Shown in pieces: positions 18,213 to 27,660 of a DNA stretch of 64,000 nt. Under the pieces are notes generated by a model. It saw nothing but the letters and a program-made list of their open reading frames with translations, did not search any database and was not told where the DNA came from. Each line of letters begins with the position of its first letter. The stretch's first letter is position 1. The position numbers were made by a program, and so were the translations under genes. Source of the DNA: a virus (Duplodnaviria; Caudoviricetes); the IMG/VR virus record IMGVR_UViG_3300043414_000372, positions 96,001-160,000 of that record; one strand, 5' to 3'.

Positions 18213-18721
18213 TTCTTTGGCGCCAGTATTATCGGAGGATTAGCCAATTGATTGTGTAAATCAGTAGGAACTTCTATCTGTTTCTTTAACAAAGTAGGGT
18301 CATTCTTTGCTGCTGCGTTGTGAGTGGTGATAACTATCTCAGGGATATCGCAGATATTGTTGTATTTTACAATTTCTCTGTCAATAAACTGTACTATATC
18401 ATCACCCTTTTCTTTGATTACTTGCTTCTTAGTAAGTATCTTAGTGACAACTTCTGTGGTTACTTTCTGTGATTCAGTCTCAGCTTTAGCAACTTTAGCT
18501 TCCATTTCTTTGACTTTAAGCTGCCAAACTGCTTGGTCAGCTAATCCACCCTCTAAGTATAAGCCAAAACTTAATACTAATATACTGATAATCTGTATAG
18601 GGAGTTTGTATGTAGCAATAAAGGGGATGAAACCAAGAACAAACCCAGCGATAGTTCCTACAACTCCAACAAAAAAGATGATATGAGTTACGAAATCAGG
18701 AAGATATGATAGAATCCACAT
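18209..18721 (-). CDS. rz: i-spanin (Rz-like)
   Basis: N-terminal TM segments, coiled-coil, C-terminal Cys (CDIP). Confidence 0.78.
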   Translation of the reverse strand: MWILSYLPDFVTHIIFFVGVVGTIAGFVLGFIPFIATYKLPIQIISILVLSFGLYLEGGLADQAVWQLKVKEMEAKVAKAETESQKVTTEVVTKILTKKQVIKEKGDDIVQFIDREIVKYNNICDIPEIVITTHNAAAKNDPTLLKKQIEVPTDLHNQLANPPIILAPKK

Positions 18722-19694
18722 TCATATATTTATCTTTATTGAAGTATGGATCATTAATTAACCATTCATAATACTTTTGAAAACCTTCAGCTACATCAAC
18801 TTTGGGGTCAAAGCCAAAGTCTCTACGTGCAGCATCAATGTTCAATGCTCCCCGTGATGGGAAATCACTATCCTTGGGATACACAGATAGTGTACCGCCA
18901 CCTGCTAATTTTAATGCCATTTGTGCTGCTTCTAATAATGTAACGCTATGGCTTTTTGTAATATTGTATGTTTTGTTTTCGGTGTTATCGCTTAGTGTGG
19001 CCGCAACAATTCCATCAGCAGCGTCATCAACATAAGTAAAGTCTAGTGTTTCTTTTTCACCGTTTACTTTTATTGCGTCACCTCGCATTGCTGTAAGTAA
19101 GAATTTACTGATAACTCTATCTTCTACATCAAGTGGTCCGTACACAGCACTTGGACGAATGATAGTATGAACAAGATTCGTTTTGCGAGAATAATCACGC
19201 ACCAGCCATTCGCCTGCTAATTTCATAATGCCATACTGACCTTGAGGTTTACAAATAGCATCTTCTTTTACATCATCAGTAAAGTCACCATATACCATTG
19301 AACTACTAAGATATATAAATTTACGGACTTCATACTTGTTACTTGCTTCTAACAGATTAAGTAATCCTTCGCTCATTGTACGACTACCCAATGCTGGATT
19401 AGCGTTAACTACTTTCTGTCTAGGGAAACTAGCTAAGTGAATAACAATTTCTGGTTCTTCAATACTAAAGATTCTATCTAATTCTTCACTATTTGAAATA
19501 TCTTTATTATAGACAAAACTTATATCGCCAATTTTTTGTTGACGTTCATTTATCAAGTGATTTATTTCAGCTTGAGGGATGATGCCATAGTTAGTCTTGT
19601 TATCAACTATTGATACTTGGTGACCTAGTTTTTGTAAACGTGATACTACATTGTGTCCGATAAGGCCTAGACCACCTGTTACTAAAATATTCAT
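18696..19694 (-). CDS. NAD-dependent NDP-sugar epimerase/dehydratase
   Basis: GGLGLIG, SSSMVYG, YGIMK (YxxxK), RPSAVYGP, DFTYVDD. Confidence 0.9.
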   Translation of the reverse strand: MNILVTGGLGLIGHNVVSRLQKLGHQVSIVDNKTNYGIIPQAEINHLINERQQKIGDISFVYNKDISNSEELDRIFSIEEPEIVIHLASFPRQKVVNANPALGSRTMSEGLLNLLEASNKYEVRKFIYLSSSMVYGDFTDDVKEDAICKPQGQYGIMKLAGEWLVRDYSRKTNLVHTIIRPSAVYGPLDVEDRVISKFLLTAMRGDAIKVNGEKETLDFTYVDDAADGIVAATLSDNTENKTYNITKSHSVTLLEAAQMALKLAGGGTLSVYPKDSDFPSRGALNIDAARRDFGFDPKVDVAEGFQKYYEWLINDPYFNKDKYMNVDSIISS

Positions 19695-19948
19695 TTAAAC
19701 TTTAAACTCCAGTAAGTATAATCTATTGATTTTAGAAAGGCATGTATTGTGTATGAATAACCATATATCATTGGATCGTGATATCTTTTCCAAATAGGAG
19801 CAGGTTTACTCTTTTCCATAATCCATTGTCCTTCTTCTGTTTGTTGCCATTTCCAAATTGGTTCAGCAACATACAAATCAGGATCTTCTACATCACCCAT
19901 CTTGATGGTGTGTACTACGCATTCAATTGTATCTGGTTCTAGTGTCAT
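19691..19948 (-). CDS. Hypothetical protein (start refined to ATG at 19948)
   Basis: ATGA overlap with thyA stop. Confidence 0.7.
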   Translation of the reverse strand: MTLEPDTIECVVHTIKMGDVEDPDLYVAEPIWKWQQTEEGQWIMEKSKPAPIWKRYHDPMIYGYSYTIHAFLKSIDYTYWSLKFK

Positions 19949-20856
19949 ACTGCCATATCTGCTTTGATAGCAGTATAGCATTTGTATTCAACTAACTCAA
20001 TATCTTCGGGTAAGAAATCATCTATGTTTTTTATAGCTTGATTAATCTTCAATGTGGGTAATGGTAATGGTTCACGACTCAATTGTTCTTTGACTTGCTC
20101 AACATGATTGGTATAGATATGTGTATCACCTGTGCTGATAACTAATTCAGCTACACCTAACCCACATACTTGTGCAATCAAATGAGTGAGTAACGCATAG
20201 CTAGCAATGTTAAAAGGTAACCCCAAGAAAACATCAACACTACGCTGATACATATGGCAAGATAATTCTTTATTCTTATTGACATAGAATTGGCATAATA
20301 CATGACATGGTGGCAATGCCATTTGGTCTAACTCACCTGGATTCCATGCAGTGAGTATATGTCTACGACCATTGGGGTCACTTTTAATACCCTCTATTAG
20401 ATTTTTTAATTGGTCAATTTCTTTATGATGTATACTACCTTTACGATTGTATGTTGAGCCAAACTCATCCATAAAGACTTCGCTTTTGTGTGATACGGGA
20501 GTAAGCCAATGTCTCCATTGTACTCCATATACACGACCTAGGTCACCCTCAAACTTTGCTTTAGATTTCCAGTAACTTGCTAATGCATTAGGTGTCCAAA
20601 TAGTTACGACACCGTCACGGGTACCATGTGTAAGTTCTGCTAATCTGCGTTCATCTCGGCTACCCTCAATGAACCAGATTAGTTCGCCTACACACGCTTT
20701 CCAAGCAAGTTTTTTAGTAGTGACGGCTGGAAAACCCCTACGCAAATCAAATTTTAACTGTCTAGCAAATAAAGAAATTGTACCAATTCCTGTTCGGTCA
20801 TCCTTAATTTCACCGTTATCTAAAATATCCTGTAAAAGTTGTAAATATTGTTTCAT
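19945..20856 (-). CDS. thyA: Thymidylate synthase
   Basis: DDRTGIGT, FPAVTTKK, LPPCH, YQRSVDVFLGLPFN, GDTHIY. Confidence 0.96.
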   Translation of the reverse strand: MKQYLQLLQDILDNGEIKDDRTGIGTISLFARQLKFDLRRGFPAVTTKKLAWKACVGELIWFIEGSRDERRLAELTHGTRDGVVTIWTPNALASYWKSKAKFEGDLGRVYGVQWRHWLTPVSHKSEVFMDEFGSTYNRKGSIHHKEIDQLKNLIEGIKSDPNGRRHILTAWNPGELDQMALPPCHVLCQFYVNKNKELSCHMYQRSVDVFLGLPFNIASYALLTHLIAQVCGLGVAELVISTGDTHIYTNHVEQVKEQLSREPLPLPTLKINQAIKNIDDFLPEDIELVEYKCYTAIKADMAV

Positions 20857-21149
20857 AGTCTATTCAATAGTTTATCTGTTTCAGGTTGTACTGCATCGGC
20901 AATATTTTGTACATTAAGTATAAACTCAACTCCAACAACCATGTCATCTAATTCTTGTAATTTTCTACTTACAACTTCTTCTATCTGGTCTGGTTCCAAT
21001 CCTTGAGTCAAAAACTTTTCAATGTTTATAGTATGTTGTTTTTTACCTTGTAGTTTGATTACTAATTTCTTAATAAACTCTACGGGTATTTTATTTTTCT
21101 CAACATCTTCAAGTATATGTTCCCACTTTTCGATGAATTCTGGGCTCAT
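20853..21149 (-). CDS. Hypothetical protein
   Basis: Coupled overlaps on both sides. Confidence 0.75.
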   Translation of the reverse strand: MSPEFIEKWEHILEDVEKNKIPVEFIKKLVIKLQGKKQHTINIEKFLTQGLEPDQIEEVVSRKLQELDDMVVGVEFILNVQNIADAVQPETDKLLNRL

Positions 21150-21877
21150 TATGCACTAACTTTTGCTCTGGTTTTCTTTACTTTAGGTGCGGGTGTTGCT
21201 ACTGGCGCTTCAACTACAACTGCCTTCTTACTTGCTCTTGGCTTCTTCTCCATTACAGGAGGATCCATTTCTGCTGCTTGCTTTAATAGATTTTGACTTT
21301 CAGCCATCAACCCCTTGGCTTCAGCAGCCATTTTAGCAGCCTGTTGACGCAAGTTGTTTGCTATAGCATTATCACCCAATGCATCATTACTATTTGCTAT
21401 CAATGGTTGTGATTGAACCTTGGCATCACGAGTTTTTTGTTCACGCATTCTACGTGCTACATCACTTGGTGTTTGTAGTCCACGACTTTGATCAATGTCA
21501 GCCATGCGTTTAACTGCTTCTTCACCTTGTTTCATTTCGGTTAAAATCTTATTGAGTTCATTCAATTTGATTTTAGTTTGAGGATTTGGGGTGACAACAA
21601 TATTCTCTGTGTTTACTTTTTTTAGTAAACCTTCTCTATGCAATGTTTGTAGAATTGGAGTACCATCTAAACCCAAGGTGCGATTTAGTGCATCGGATAA
21701 TGATTCGGCATGTTGTCCAATATCACTTTCAATACAACGGATCAATGGATCGTGTATATGTTGATTTAGTGTTTCTGTATATGTTACAAGACACATGTGA
21801 GGTTCACCTGGAATCTCACGAAAAATGATAGCAACCTTACGATCACCTTGTTTACCGACATGTTTTAAAAAACTCAT
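21149..21877 (-). CDS. Hypothetical protein with coiled-coil and basic tail
   Basis: AGGAG RBS; MSFLKHVGKQGDRKVAIIFRE. Confidence 0.78.
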   Translation of the reverse strand: MSFLKHVGKQGDRKVAIIFREIPGEPHMCLVTYTETLNQHIHDPLIRCIESDIGQHAESLSDALNRTLGLDGTPILQTLHREGLLKKVNTENIVVTPNPQTKIKLNELNKILTEMKQGEEAVKRMADIDQSRGLQTPSDVARRMREQKTRDAKVQSQPLIANSNDALGDNAIANNLRQQAAKMAAEAKGLMAESQNLLKQAAEMDPPVMEKKPRASKKAVVVEAPVATPAPKVKKTRAKVSA

Positions 21878-21941
21878 ATTATTCTCCTAGAGTACATAGA
21901 TATTTAATATCTATCACACTCGATGAAATATTTTCTATGAG

Positions 21942-22355
21942 TTACGATTTGGTCAATGCGTCAAGCAATTTATATTGCTCATATGCTTGTACAACCGCAG
22001 GTGTAGTGTTACGATTCTTGGGTGATACTTCGACCCAAACATCATCACTTAGATCGGGGTGAATAAATTGACTACCCAAAAGTGCAAAATTTCTTGGTTG
22101 ATGGATCTTACCGCTTTTGTACAATCTACTAGCAAGTGCTTCTACTTCTTCCCATGGCTTGACTGCAAGATCATAATCTTCTGGACGAAGGGAAGACCAA
22201 TTACCATCCTCATAATATTGTTTTACAATAACAAGGAAACTTTCATAGTCCTTAGTTTGTGTCCGAGTAATAAGCAATAGTACATCATCCTCGGACACTT
22301 CGTCCATTAATATACTACGCAAACATCTACCCAAACTTGTTCCAATATACATCAT
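21942..22355 (-). CDS. Hypothetical protein
   Basis: Coupled ORF. Confidence 0.7.
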   Translation of the reverse strand: MMYIGTSLGRCLRSILMDEVSEDDVLLLITRTQTKDYESFLVIVKQYYEDGNWSSLRPEDYDLAVKPWEEVEALASRLYKSGKIHQPRNFALLGSQFIHPDLSDDVWVEVSPKNRNTTPAVVQAYEQYKLLDALTKS

Positions 22356-22723
22356 ACAATCACCTGCTGTTTCTTATTTGCTCTATCACTATAAAATTTA
22401 TGTCCAACATTACGAATAGCATCAGCCATTACTTGCGGACTATCTTCAAATGTTTCTCTAATATCTTGTTCAGATAATTCTGAATCAAAGGCATAGATTT
22501 CATAATGCCGTTGACTATTACATCTAGCCCTCAATATCATCATGTCTAATGGAACATGTGCTGGCTTAAGTGTTTTATCTTGATCCTTTAGGATACGAAA
22601 GATGTTTTTCTTTTCCCATTGTTCATGTTCTTTTTCAATTTGTGTAACATTGATTAAGGCTTCAAGCCCATGCATGTCCCACATTGCCACAAACCTAGTT
22701 GTTTTCTTTTTTGATGAGCGCAT
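22352..22723 (-). CDS. Hypothetical protein
   Basis: Coupled ORF. Confidence 0.7.
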   Translation of the reverse strand: MRSSKKKTTRFVAMWDMHGLEALINVTQIEKEHEQWEKKNIFRILKDQDKTLKPAHVPLDMMILRARCNSQRHYEIYAFDSELSEQDIRETFEDSPQVMADAIRNVGHKFYSDRANKKQQVIV

Positions 22724-22931
22724 ATACCATCTTTGCCTGATCTAAAATATCTGCTAATGTTTTGTTTGTTTCGGCTGCTCTGCGAATGTTGCCCCACAGT
22801 TGATCTTCCATCATACGTTCGTGTAAATCATATCCACGTTCACTCATACTATGTAAAGTACGTTCAGCAGAGCCAGTCTGACGGACATATATAGTCTCAC
22901 CTTTATCAGGAGATTCAAATATGTCCGTCAT
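22695..22931 (-). CDS. Small hypothetical protein (IFESPDKGETIY)
   Basis: Follows vWA gene by 2 nt. Confidence 0.7.
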   Translation of the reverse strand: MTDIFESPDKGETIYVRQTGSAERTLHSMSERGYDLHERMMEDQLWGNIRRAAETNKTLADILDQAKMVYALIKKENN

Positions 22932-22933
22932 TG

Positions 22934-24223
22934 TTACACTTCATCATACAGTGCATATGTACCGAACGGGGGATTCGGATTCTTGTCGCCATGAATGATC
23001 CATGTAGTATCGCAGTAGTCAGGGTCGCCCCATGAACCATTGGGATATCCATCAGTAAACACAATCAATCGCTTAGGGTCAATTGCATTATCTTTCAAGT
23101 ATTTAAAGATACATTCAAAGTCAGTACCTCCGCCGCCCATCGGCTCGTACTCGCTAATGTTGTCCATGTTATCACTATGAAAGTCTTGCGGGTTGTATGT
23201 ATCAGTATCAAAACAGAATACATGAACCTTATAACCATCAAACGAATCCATCATACCACCAATCTCACCCAAGAACGCCTGTGCTTGTTTGTTGCTGATA
23301 GAACCACTCATATCAAGTGTAACGACAACATCAATTTCTTCTCCGGGAGTCATGCCGGGCATGATAGCATCCATGTGCCAACCTCTACGTGAGGGACGCA
23401 TCCATGTATAGTCAGTACGAATACTGCTAGTCAAGTTAGTTTGAATCAGTTCACGCCAGGGCATGACTGGATCAGTATGTTGCTTGATTAATCGTTCAAC
23501 ACCCGCGGGCAATTGACCTGCTTCTGCACTTTGTGCCGCACTGATAATTGCTTGTTTCATTTCTTGACGAACACGTTCACGTTCCTCGTCAGACATTTTA
23601 GGACGACCTTTGCCTTGCTTGTTGCCATCGCCGTCACCATCACCGTCGCCCTCTTCGCCATCTCCATCCATGTGATCATCAATCATTTGGTCTAGTAAAC
23701 TATTGATATCAATCTGCTTGACATTCTTCATCAAGTCATCATAGATTTCCTCACTAGGCTTTCCGTCATATTTCTTTTCATACAAGCATGGGACACTAGT
23801 GATAAACTGACCAACGCCGTGACGTTTTAAGTCTGCATTAACTGCATAGTCATTAGCAATATTAAATATTTGCGGGTCACGTTTGCCAATACGGCCTATG
23901 TGATCATAGACCACATGCAACACTTCATGCCCAACTAGAAACTCTACTTCTTTGGGTTTCAATAGCATAATGAAACGGCTATTGTAATAGAATTTCAATC
24001 CGTCAGTAGCCGCAGTACTACACCATTCATCAGCATTAGTTAATTTGAGGCGTGTAGCAAGATTGCCAAAGAATGAATGACGCAACAACAAACCTACACG
24101 TGCCGAAATCAATCGTTCACGGGCCAGTGCATCAATTTTGGGATCAGTAGGTCCAACAAGTTTATCAAACTTGTCGCTACGCTTTTTATTTTTTGTCGGG
24201 GCAATTACGCTACTCATATACAA
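22934..24223 (-). CDS. Metallopeptidase-vWA protein (DUF2201-like)
   Basis: TAATDG, HEVLH (HExxH), acidic Gly linker, LDMSGS MIDAS, GGGTDF, FTDG. Confidence 0.85.
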   Translation of the reverse strand: MYMSSVIAPTKNKKRSDKFDKLVGPTDPKIDALARERLISARVGLLLRHSFFGNLATRLKLTNADEWCSTAATDGLKFYYNSRFIMLLKPKEVEFLVGHEVLHVVYDHIGRIGKRDPQIFNIANDYAVNADLKRHGVGQFITSVPCLYEKKYDGKPSEEIYDDLMKNVKQIDINSLLDQMIDDHMDGDGEEGDGDGDGDGNKQGKGRPKMSDEERERVRQEMKQAIISAAQSAEAGQLPAGVERLIKQHTDPVMPWRELIQTNLTSSIRTDYTWMRPSRRGWHMDAIMPGMTPGEEIDVVVTLDMSGSISNKQAQAFLGEIGGMMDSFDGYKVHVFCFDTDTYNPQDFHSDNMDNISEYEPMGGGGTDFECIFKYLKDNAIDPKRLIVFTDGYPNGSWGDPDYCDTTWIIHGDKNPNPPFGTYALYDEV

Positions 24224-24245
24224 TCCTTTATCTAATATATGCTAT

Positions 24246-24274
24246 AGTATAGCACACCTTTTATTTAACTGCAA
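24246..24274 (-). promoter_or_regulatory. Sigma70 promoter for vWA gene
   Basis: TTGCAG-N17-TATACT. Confidence 0.65.
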
Positions 24275-24276
24275 GT

Positions 24277-24310
24277 AAAAAGAGTGAGAATGTTTACACC
24301 ATTCTCACCC
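24277..24310 (-). terminator. Intrinsic terminator after AAA ATPase
   Basis: GTGAGAATG-N7-CATTCTCAC followed by TCTTTTT. Confidence 0.75.
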
Positions 24311-24316
24311 ATAAAA

Positions 24317-25423
24317 TCAATTACCTGCGTCTACAATGTACTTGCCGTACTTTTTGTGAAATTCATCAAAGTGTTTCAATTGACTAGGTTCAATCGGCAA
24401 CTTGTAAGTCTTAAGTGCAATCTTAGCACCCATCACAACCAATTCTGTTTCAAAGTTAGCCATGATGTATGTGAAGAAATTGTCAGCCATTTCGTGAAAC
24501 TTTTTGTTGTTCACTTTTTGTACTTCCAATGCATCCTTCAACTCATAGCACATTGAAATTGTCAATGAATACATTGCCGAAATTTCTTTCACAGACAATG
24601 TAGTTACTTTGCCAGAAAGAATATCTGCTGGGTCGGGCATTTTGCCTGATGTTTTACGATGGGCTGCAAACTTAACTGCGAGACCTTCACCAACACTACC
24701 TGCAATCAGATTGAACAATGTATCAGTATCAGTATCTGCCTCGTCATCTAGCAAGTCAGAAACAAAGCACCATGTGCGGGGTGTAGCGAATGCACGGCTT
24801 GAACTTTTGCTATCAAAATCGTACAAGTCTTGTTTAGCAAACGACAAGTAACCAACCACATCCTTGTGAATGCCTTTGTTCACTGCCCAGTTTTGCCATG
24901 CAGTAAAGTCAGGGCGCATTTCCAAGTGCAAGAAACGATTAGCAAGGGGCATCGGCATACGATAAGTAACACCTTTGTCAGATTCACGATTACCTGCCGC
25001 AACGATAACAACGTTATCAGGCAAGACATACTTACCTACACGGCGATTAAGAATTAGTTGATAGCCAGCAGCCTGTACTGCGGGTGATGCGCTATTCATT
25101 TCATCTAAGAAAAGAACAACGATAGGATATTGTGATGCAAGGTCCTCGTCAGGCAAGTCTACGGGAGACGCCCAATCCATCTTGTTGAGGTCTTTGTTGA
25201 AATATGGGATACCACGAATGTCAGTAGGCTCCATCTGTGCCATACGCAAGTCAATCATATGACCGCCAAGTTCAGCAGTTACTTCTGCTACAACTTCTGA
25301 TTTACCGATACCGGGAGGGCCCCAGAGAAAGAGTGGGCGCTTAGATTTGAATGCTTTCAGCATAGCCTTGCGGGCTTGTACTGAGGTAACTGTGAGATTG
25401 TCGCTAACTACTGAATATGCCAT
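24317..25423 (-). CDS. MoxR-like AAA+ ATPase
   Basis: GPPGIGKS, LFLDEMN, AAGN, PLANRF, TPRTW. Confidence 0.88.
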   Translation of the reverse strand: MAYSVVSDNLTVTSVQARKAMLKAFKSKRPLFLWGPPGIGKSEVVAEVTAELGGHMIDLRMAQMEPTDIRGIPYFNKDLNKMDWASPVDLPDEDLASQYPIVVLFLDEMNSASPAVQAAGYQLILNRRVGKYVLPDNVVIVAAGNRESDKGVTYRMPMPLANRFLHLEMRPDFTAWQNWAVNKGIHKDVVGYLSFAKQDLYDFDSKSSSRAFATPRTWCFVSDLLDDEADTDTDTLFNLIAGSVGEGLAVKFAAHRKTSGKMPDPADILSGKVTTLSVKEISAMYSLTISMCYELKDALEVQKVNNKKFHEMADNFFTYIMANFETELVVMGAKIALKTYKLPIEPSQLKHFDEFHKKYGKYIVDAGN

Positions 25424-25469
25424 TTTGTTTCCTTTAAGATATTTACTAACACTAACAAACTAAAAACAT

Positions 25470-25498
25470 AGTATAACAGAGACCTGATTTATCGTCAA
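25470..25498 (-). promoter_or_regulatory. Sigma70 promoter
   Basis: TTGACG-N17-TATACT. Confidence 0.8.
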
Positions 25499-25800
25499 GT
25501 AATTTGCTGTACAATTTGGGCATATATATCTGCCTTGCTCATGTAATACGCATAATTTTCATCCTTTGGATGAAAATTACGCCATTGATTGGCCCGCGTA
25601 TTACGAAGGATATCATCCTTTAAGGAATTTTCCTTGTAATATGCAATGAACCCATTTTTATCATAATGAGCAATAAACCCGCTACATACATTAATATATT
25701 TGTATGCAGTTTCGTTTAATAGTCTAATGCTACCCACTGCCTTAACAATGTTAGCAACGATCATTTCCTTTTGTTTATCGGTGTAGGGTGCTAGTGCCAT
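25495..25800 (-). CDS. Small early hypothetical protein (start refined to ATG at 25800)
   Basis: GGAG RBS; ends at next promoter. Confidence 0.65.
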   Translation of the reverse strand: MALAPYTDKQKEMIVANIVKAVGSIRLLNETAYKYINVCSGFIAHYDKNGFIAYYKENSLKDDILRNTRANQWRNFHPKDENYAYYMSKADIYAQIVQQIT

Positions 25801-25802
25801 AC

Positions 25803-26081
25803 TTACATGCTCCAAAAAGTTTCGCTAGCAGGTGAGCAGCACAGGGGAGTGTTAACATCTTCCTGATATTCAATCCCACTCAACAAGTTCTTGCGAGTTA
25901 CCATGCGCGGTTGATAAGTTTTGGTATCAACGATACTTAGTTCACCGGCAGACCAACCTGACTTGTTACACAGACGGGTCCGGGTCGCACGGGCAGACGC
26001 AAACGTTTTGTAAGTCTGGGTACGATTTTTGCCGTCTGAAACGATAAGTCCAGTGCCCCGAGCGATAACATAATAAGCCAT
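25803..26081 (-). CDS. Small early hypothetical protein
   Basis: AAAGGA RBS after cassette promoter; C-terminal CCSPASETFWSM. Confidence 0.75.
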   Translation of the reverse strand: MAYYVIARGTGLIVSDGKNRTQTYKTFASARATRTRLCNKSGWSAGELSIVDTKTYQPRMVTRKNLLSGIEYQEDVNTPLCCSPASETFWSM

Positions 26082-26114
26082 TTTCTAGTCCTTTATCTAA
26101 CTGTCTAAGTCTAT

Positions 26115-26143
26115 ATTATAGACCCAAATCCATTTAATGTCAA
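26115..26143 (-). promoter_or_regulatory. Early sigma70 promoter, cassette family
   Basis: TTGACA-TTAAATGGATTTGGGTC-TATAAT. Confidence 0.9.
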
Positions 26144-26397
26144 GCGAATTCGTAGAATTTCACTTTAGGATCCAGTTTTTTTAGTTCTTTTGCTGCTTTT
26201 GACAAGGAATTGTACTTTACGTTGACCTGACTACGGGACAATTCACCGTCACAAGTCAAGTTTTCAGGGCTGAGGTCACTGTCCAAACAATTAGCGACTT
26301 CCTGACGACCTTCGGCAGTTTGTATCTCATATTGCTTACCCTTAAAGATACTGTTCCAACGATTTTTCTGGTCTATGTATTTTTGCAATGCTGACAT
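26140..26397 (-). CDS. Small early hypothetical protein (LSPENLTCDGE)
   Basis: GGAG RBS after cassette promoter. Confidence 0.75.
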   Translation of the reverse strand: MSALQKYIDQKNRWNSIFKGKQYEIQTAEGRQEVANCLDSDLSPENLTCDGELSRSQVNVKYNSLSKAAKELKKLDPKVKFYEFA

Positions 26398-26430
26398 AAA
26401 TAACTCCGTTTGTTAACTGTTTAAGTCTCT

Positions 26431-26459
26431 ATTATAGACCCAAAACCATTTAATGTCAA
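26431..26459 (-). promoter_or_regulatory. Early sigma70 promoter, cassette family
   Basis: TTGACA-TTAAATGGTTTTGGGTC-TATAAT, identical core to 6380-6408 and 6961-6989. Confidence 0.92.
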
Positions 26460-26488
26460 CCTCGGAATTGCTTAATTTTTGAGCAATT

Positions 26489-27349
26489 TTAGATCATTTT
26501 TACTTTGTAGCCGTTCTCTATAAACCAATTTACAACATGATGTTCGCCGCCAATACCAACTGTATGTTTTTTGAAATGAACCTCATTGAGTGTAGCCAAT
26601 TTTCTAGTTGGGCCATGATGTCCCAGAGCATTATTAAGTGCTACATCAAATCCTTCAGTATGTAATGCAGGGAACAAATATTCTATACTAAAAGATTTTG
26701 CTACTTCAAGTGGCGCAAAACTATACCCAATCTTTTCTAATTTTGGTTTGAATAATGCAGTAAGATGTACATCCTCATTCCAAATTGGTTTCCAGGGTTT
26801 ATCGGTTCCATCGGGTTGTTTCATTGGAATAGATTCTACTCCCCAATGTGGTAATCCATGATTATTACAAGATTCTAAAAATCTTTTAGAACGTAAACTA
26901 AAACCACCATTCTGCACTATATGTAAATTTTCAACGTCAGCAAACTCAGGTTCAGTCCATCTAAAGTTAAGATAGATACCTGTTATTTCTGATTTCTCAT
27001 TTAATGTCAATGCACAATGTCCCGGGGATCCAATATAATCATAATTATAAAATTCAGGTTTAAAGTTTTTTCCATTTAATACCCATCCGTCATCTTGCAC
27101 AACTAAACAATATTCAGTTTCAATAAATGCATATAATGAATGCATCATAAAAACACTGTAACGATTATAGTTGAAGGGGTAAATATGTTTCCATTCAATT
27201 TCTTCAGGCAAGTCATCTGGTTTAATTACTGATAGTAGCAATCCACGACTACCCGGCAATTCAGTCATGCTTTTTACTATTGATGGTATTGCACTTGCTC
27301 CATTGTTGTGTCCGTATACGGCAACGATTGTTAATTCTGAATGATTCAT
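26489..27349 (-). CDS. DUF5672-like (GT-A-related) protein
   Basis: LVVQDDGWV, YDYIG, NGGFSLRSKRFLE, NEDVH, FSIE. Confidence 0.7.
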   Translation of the reverse strand: MNHSELTIVAVYGHNNGASAIPSIVKSMTELPGSRGLLLSVIKPDDLPEEIEWKHIYPFNYNRYSVFMMHSLYAFIETEYCLVVQDDGWVLNGKNFKPEFYNYDYIGSPGHCALTLNEKSEITGIYLNFRWTEPEFADVENLHIVQNGGFSLRSKRFLESCNNHGLPHWGVESIPMKQPDGTDKPWKPIWNEDVHLTALFKPKLEKIGYSFAPLEVAKSFSIEYLFPALHTEGFDVALNNALGHHGPTRKLATLNEVHFKKHTVGIGGEHHVVNWFIENGYKVKMI

Positions 27350-27600
27350 TTCATAAGTAAACCCATTAGAATTAATTTCTCTAAATGGTCTATTGCTTTG
27401 TTAATTTTTTCTAATGGTTCTTTAGTAAAGTTATCAGTATGCAATCTACGCCCATTTACTTCTAGTTTACTTAATTCTGATACCATAGTGTTGATGTTAT
27501 TAAACATCCGTTTTAAGTCCGGATTGTAACCAATGTTATTCAAATCAGTGCGTATTTTACTAGACACCTCTTGCCAATCCAAAGCCTTTTCTATTCTCAT
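27346..27600 (-). CDS. Small hypothetical protein
   Basis: Directly after sigma70 promoter; coupled to next gene. Confidence 0.65.
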   Translation of the reverse strand: MRIEKALDWQEVSSKIRTDLNNIGYNPDLKRMFNNINTMVSELSKLEVNGRRLHTDNFTKEPLEKINKAIDHLEKLILMGLLMK

Positions 27601-27606
27601 AATAAC

Positions 27607-27635
27607 ATTATACTGTCCTGAGATATTTATGTCAA
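27607..27635 (-). promoter_or_regulatory. Sigma70 promoter
   Basis: TTGACA-N17-TATAAT. Confidence 0.85.
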
Positions 27636-27660
27636 GTGTTTTCCCCTAACATAAATAGTT

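Noticed and set aside
19945-20856. Modified-base synthase (dUMP/dCMP hydroxymethylase) or intron/intein in thyA
   Set aside because: Canonical ThyA motifs including the dUMP-specifying Asn (GLPFN); the extra loop is short with no splicing motifs
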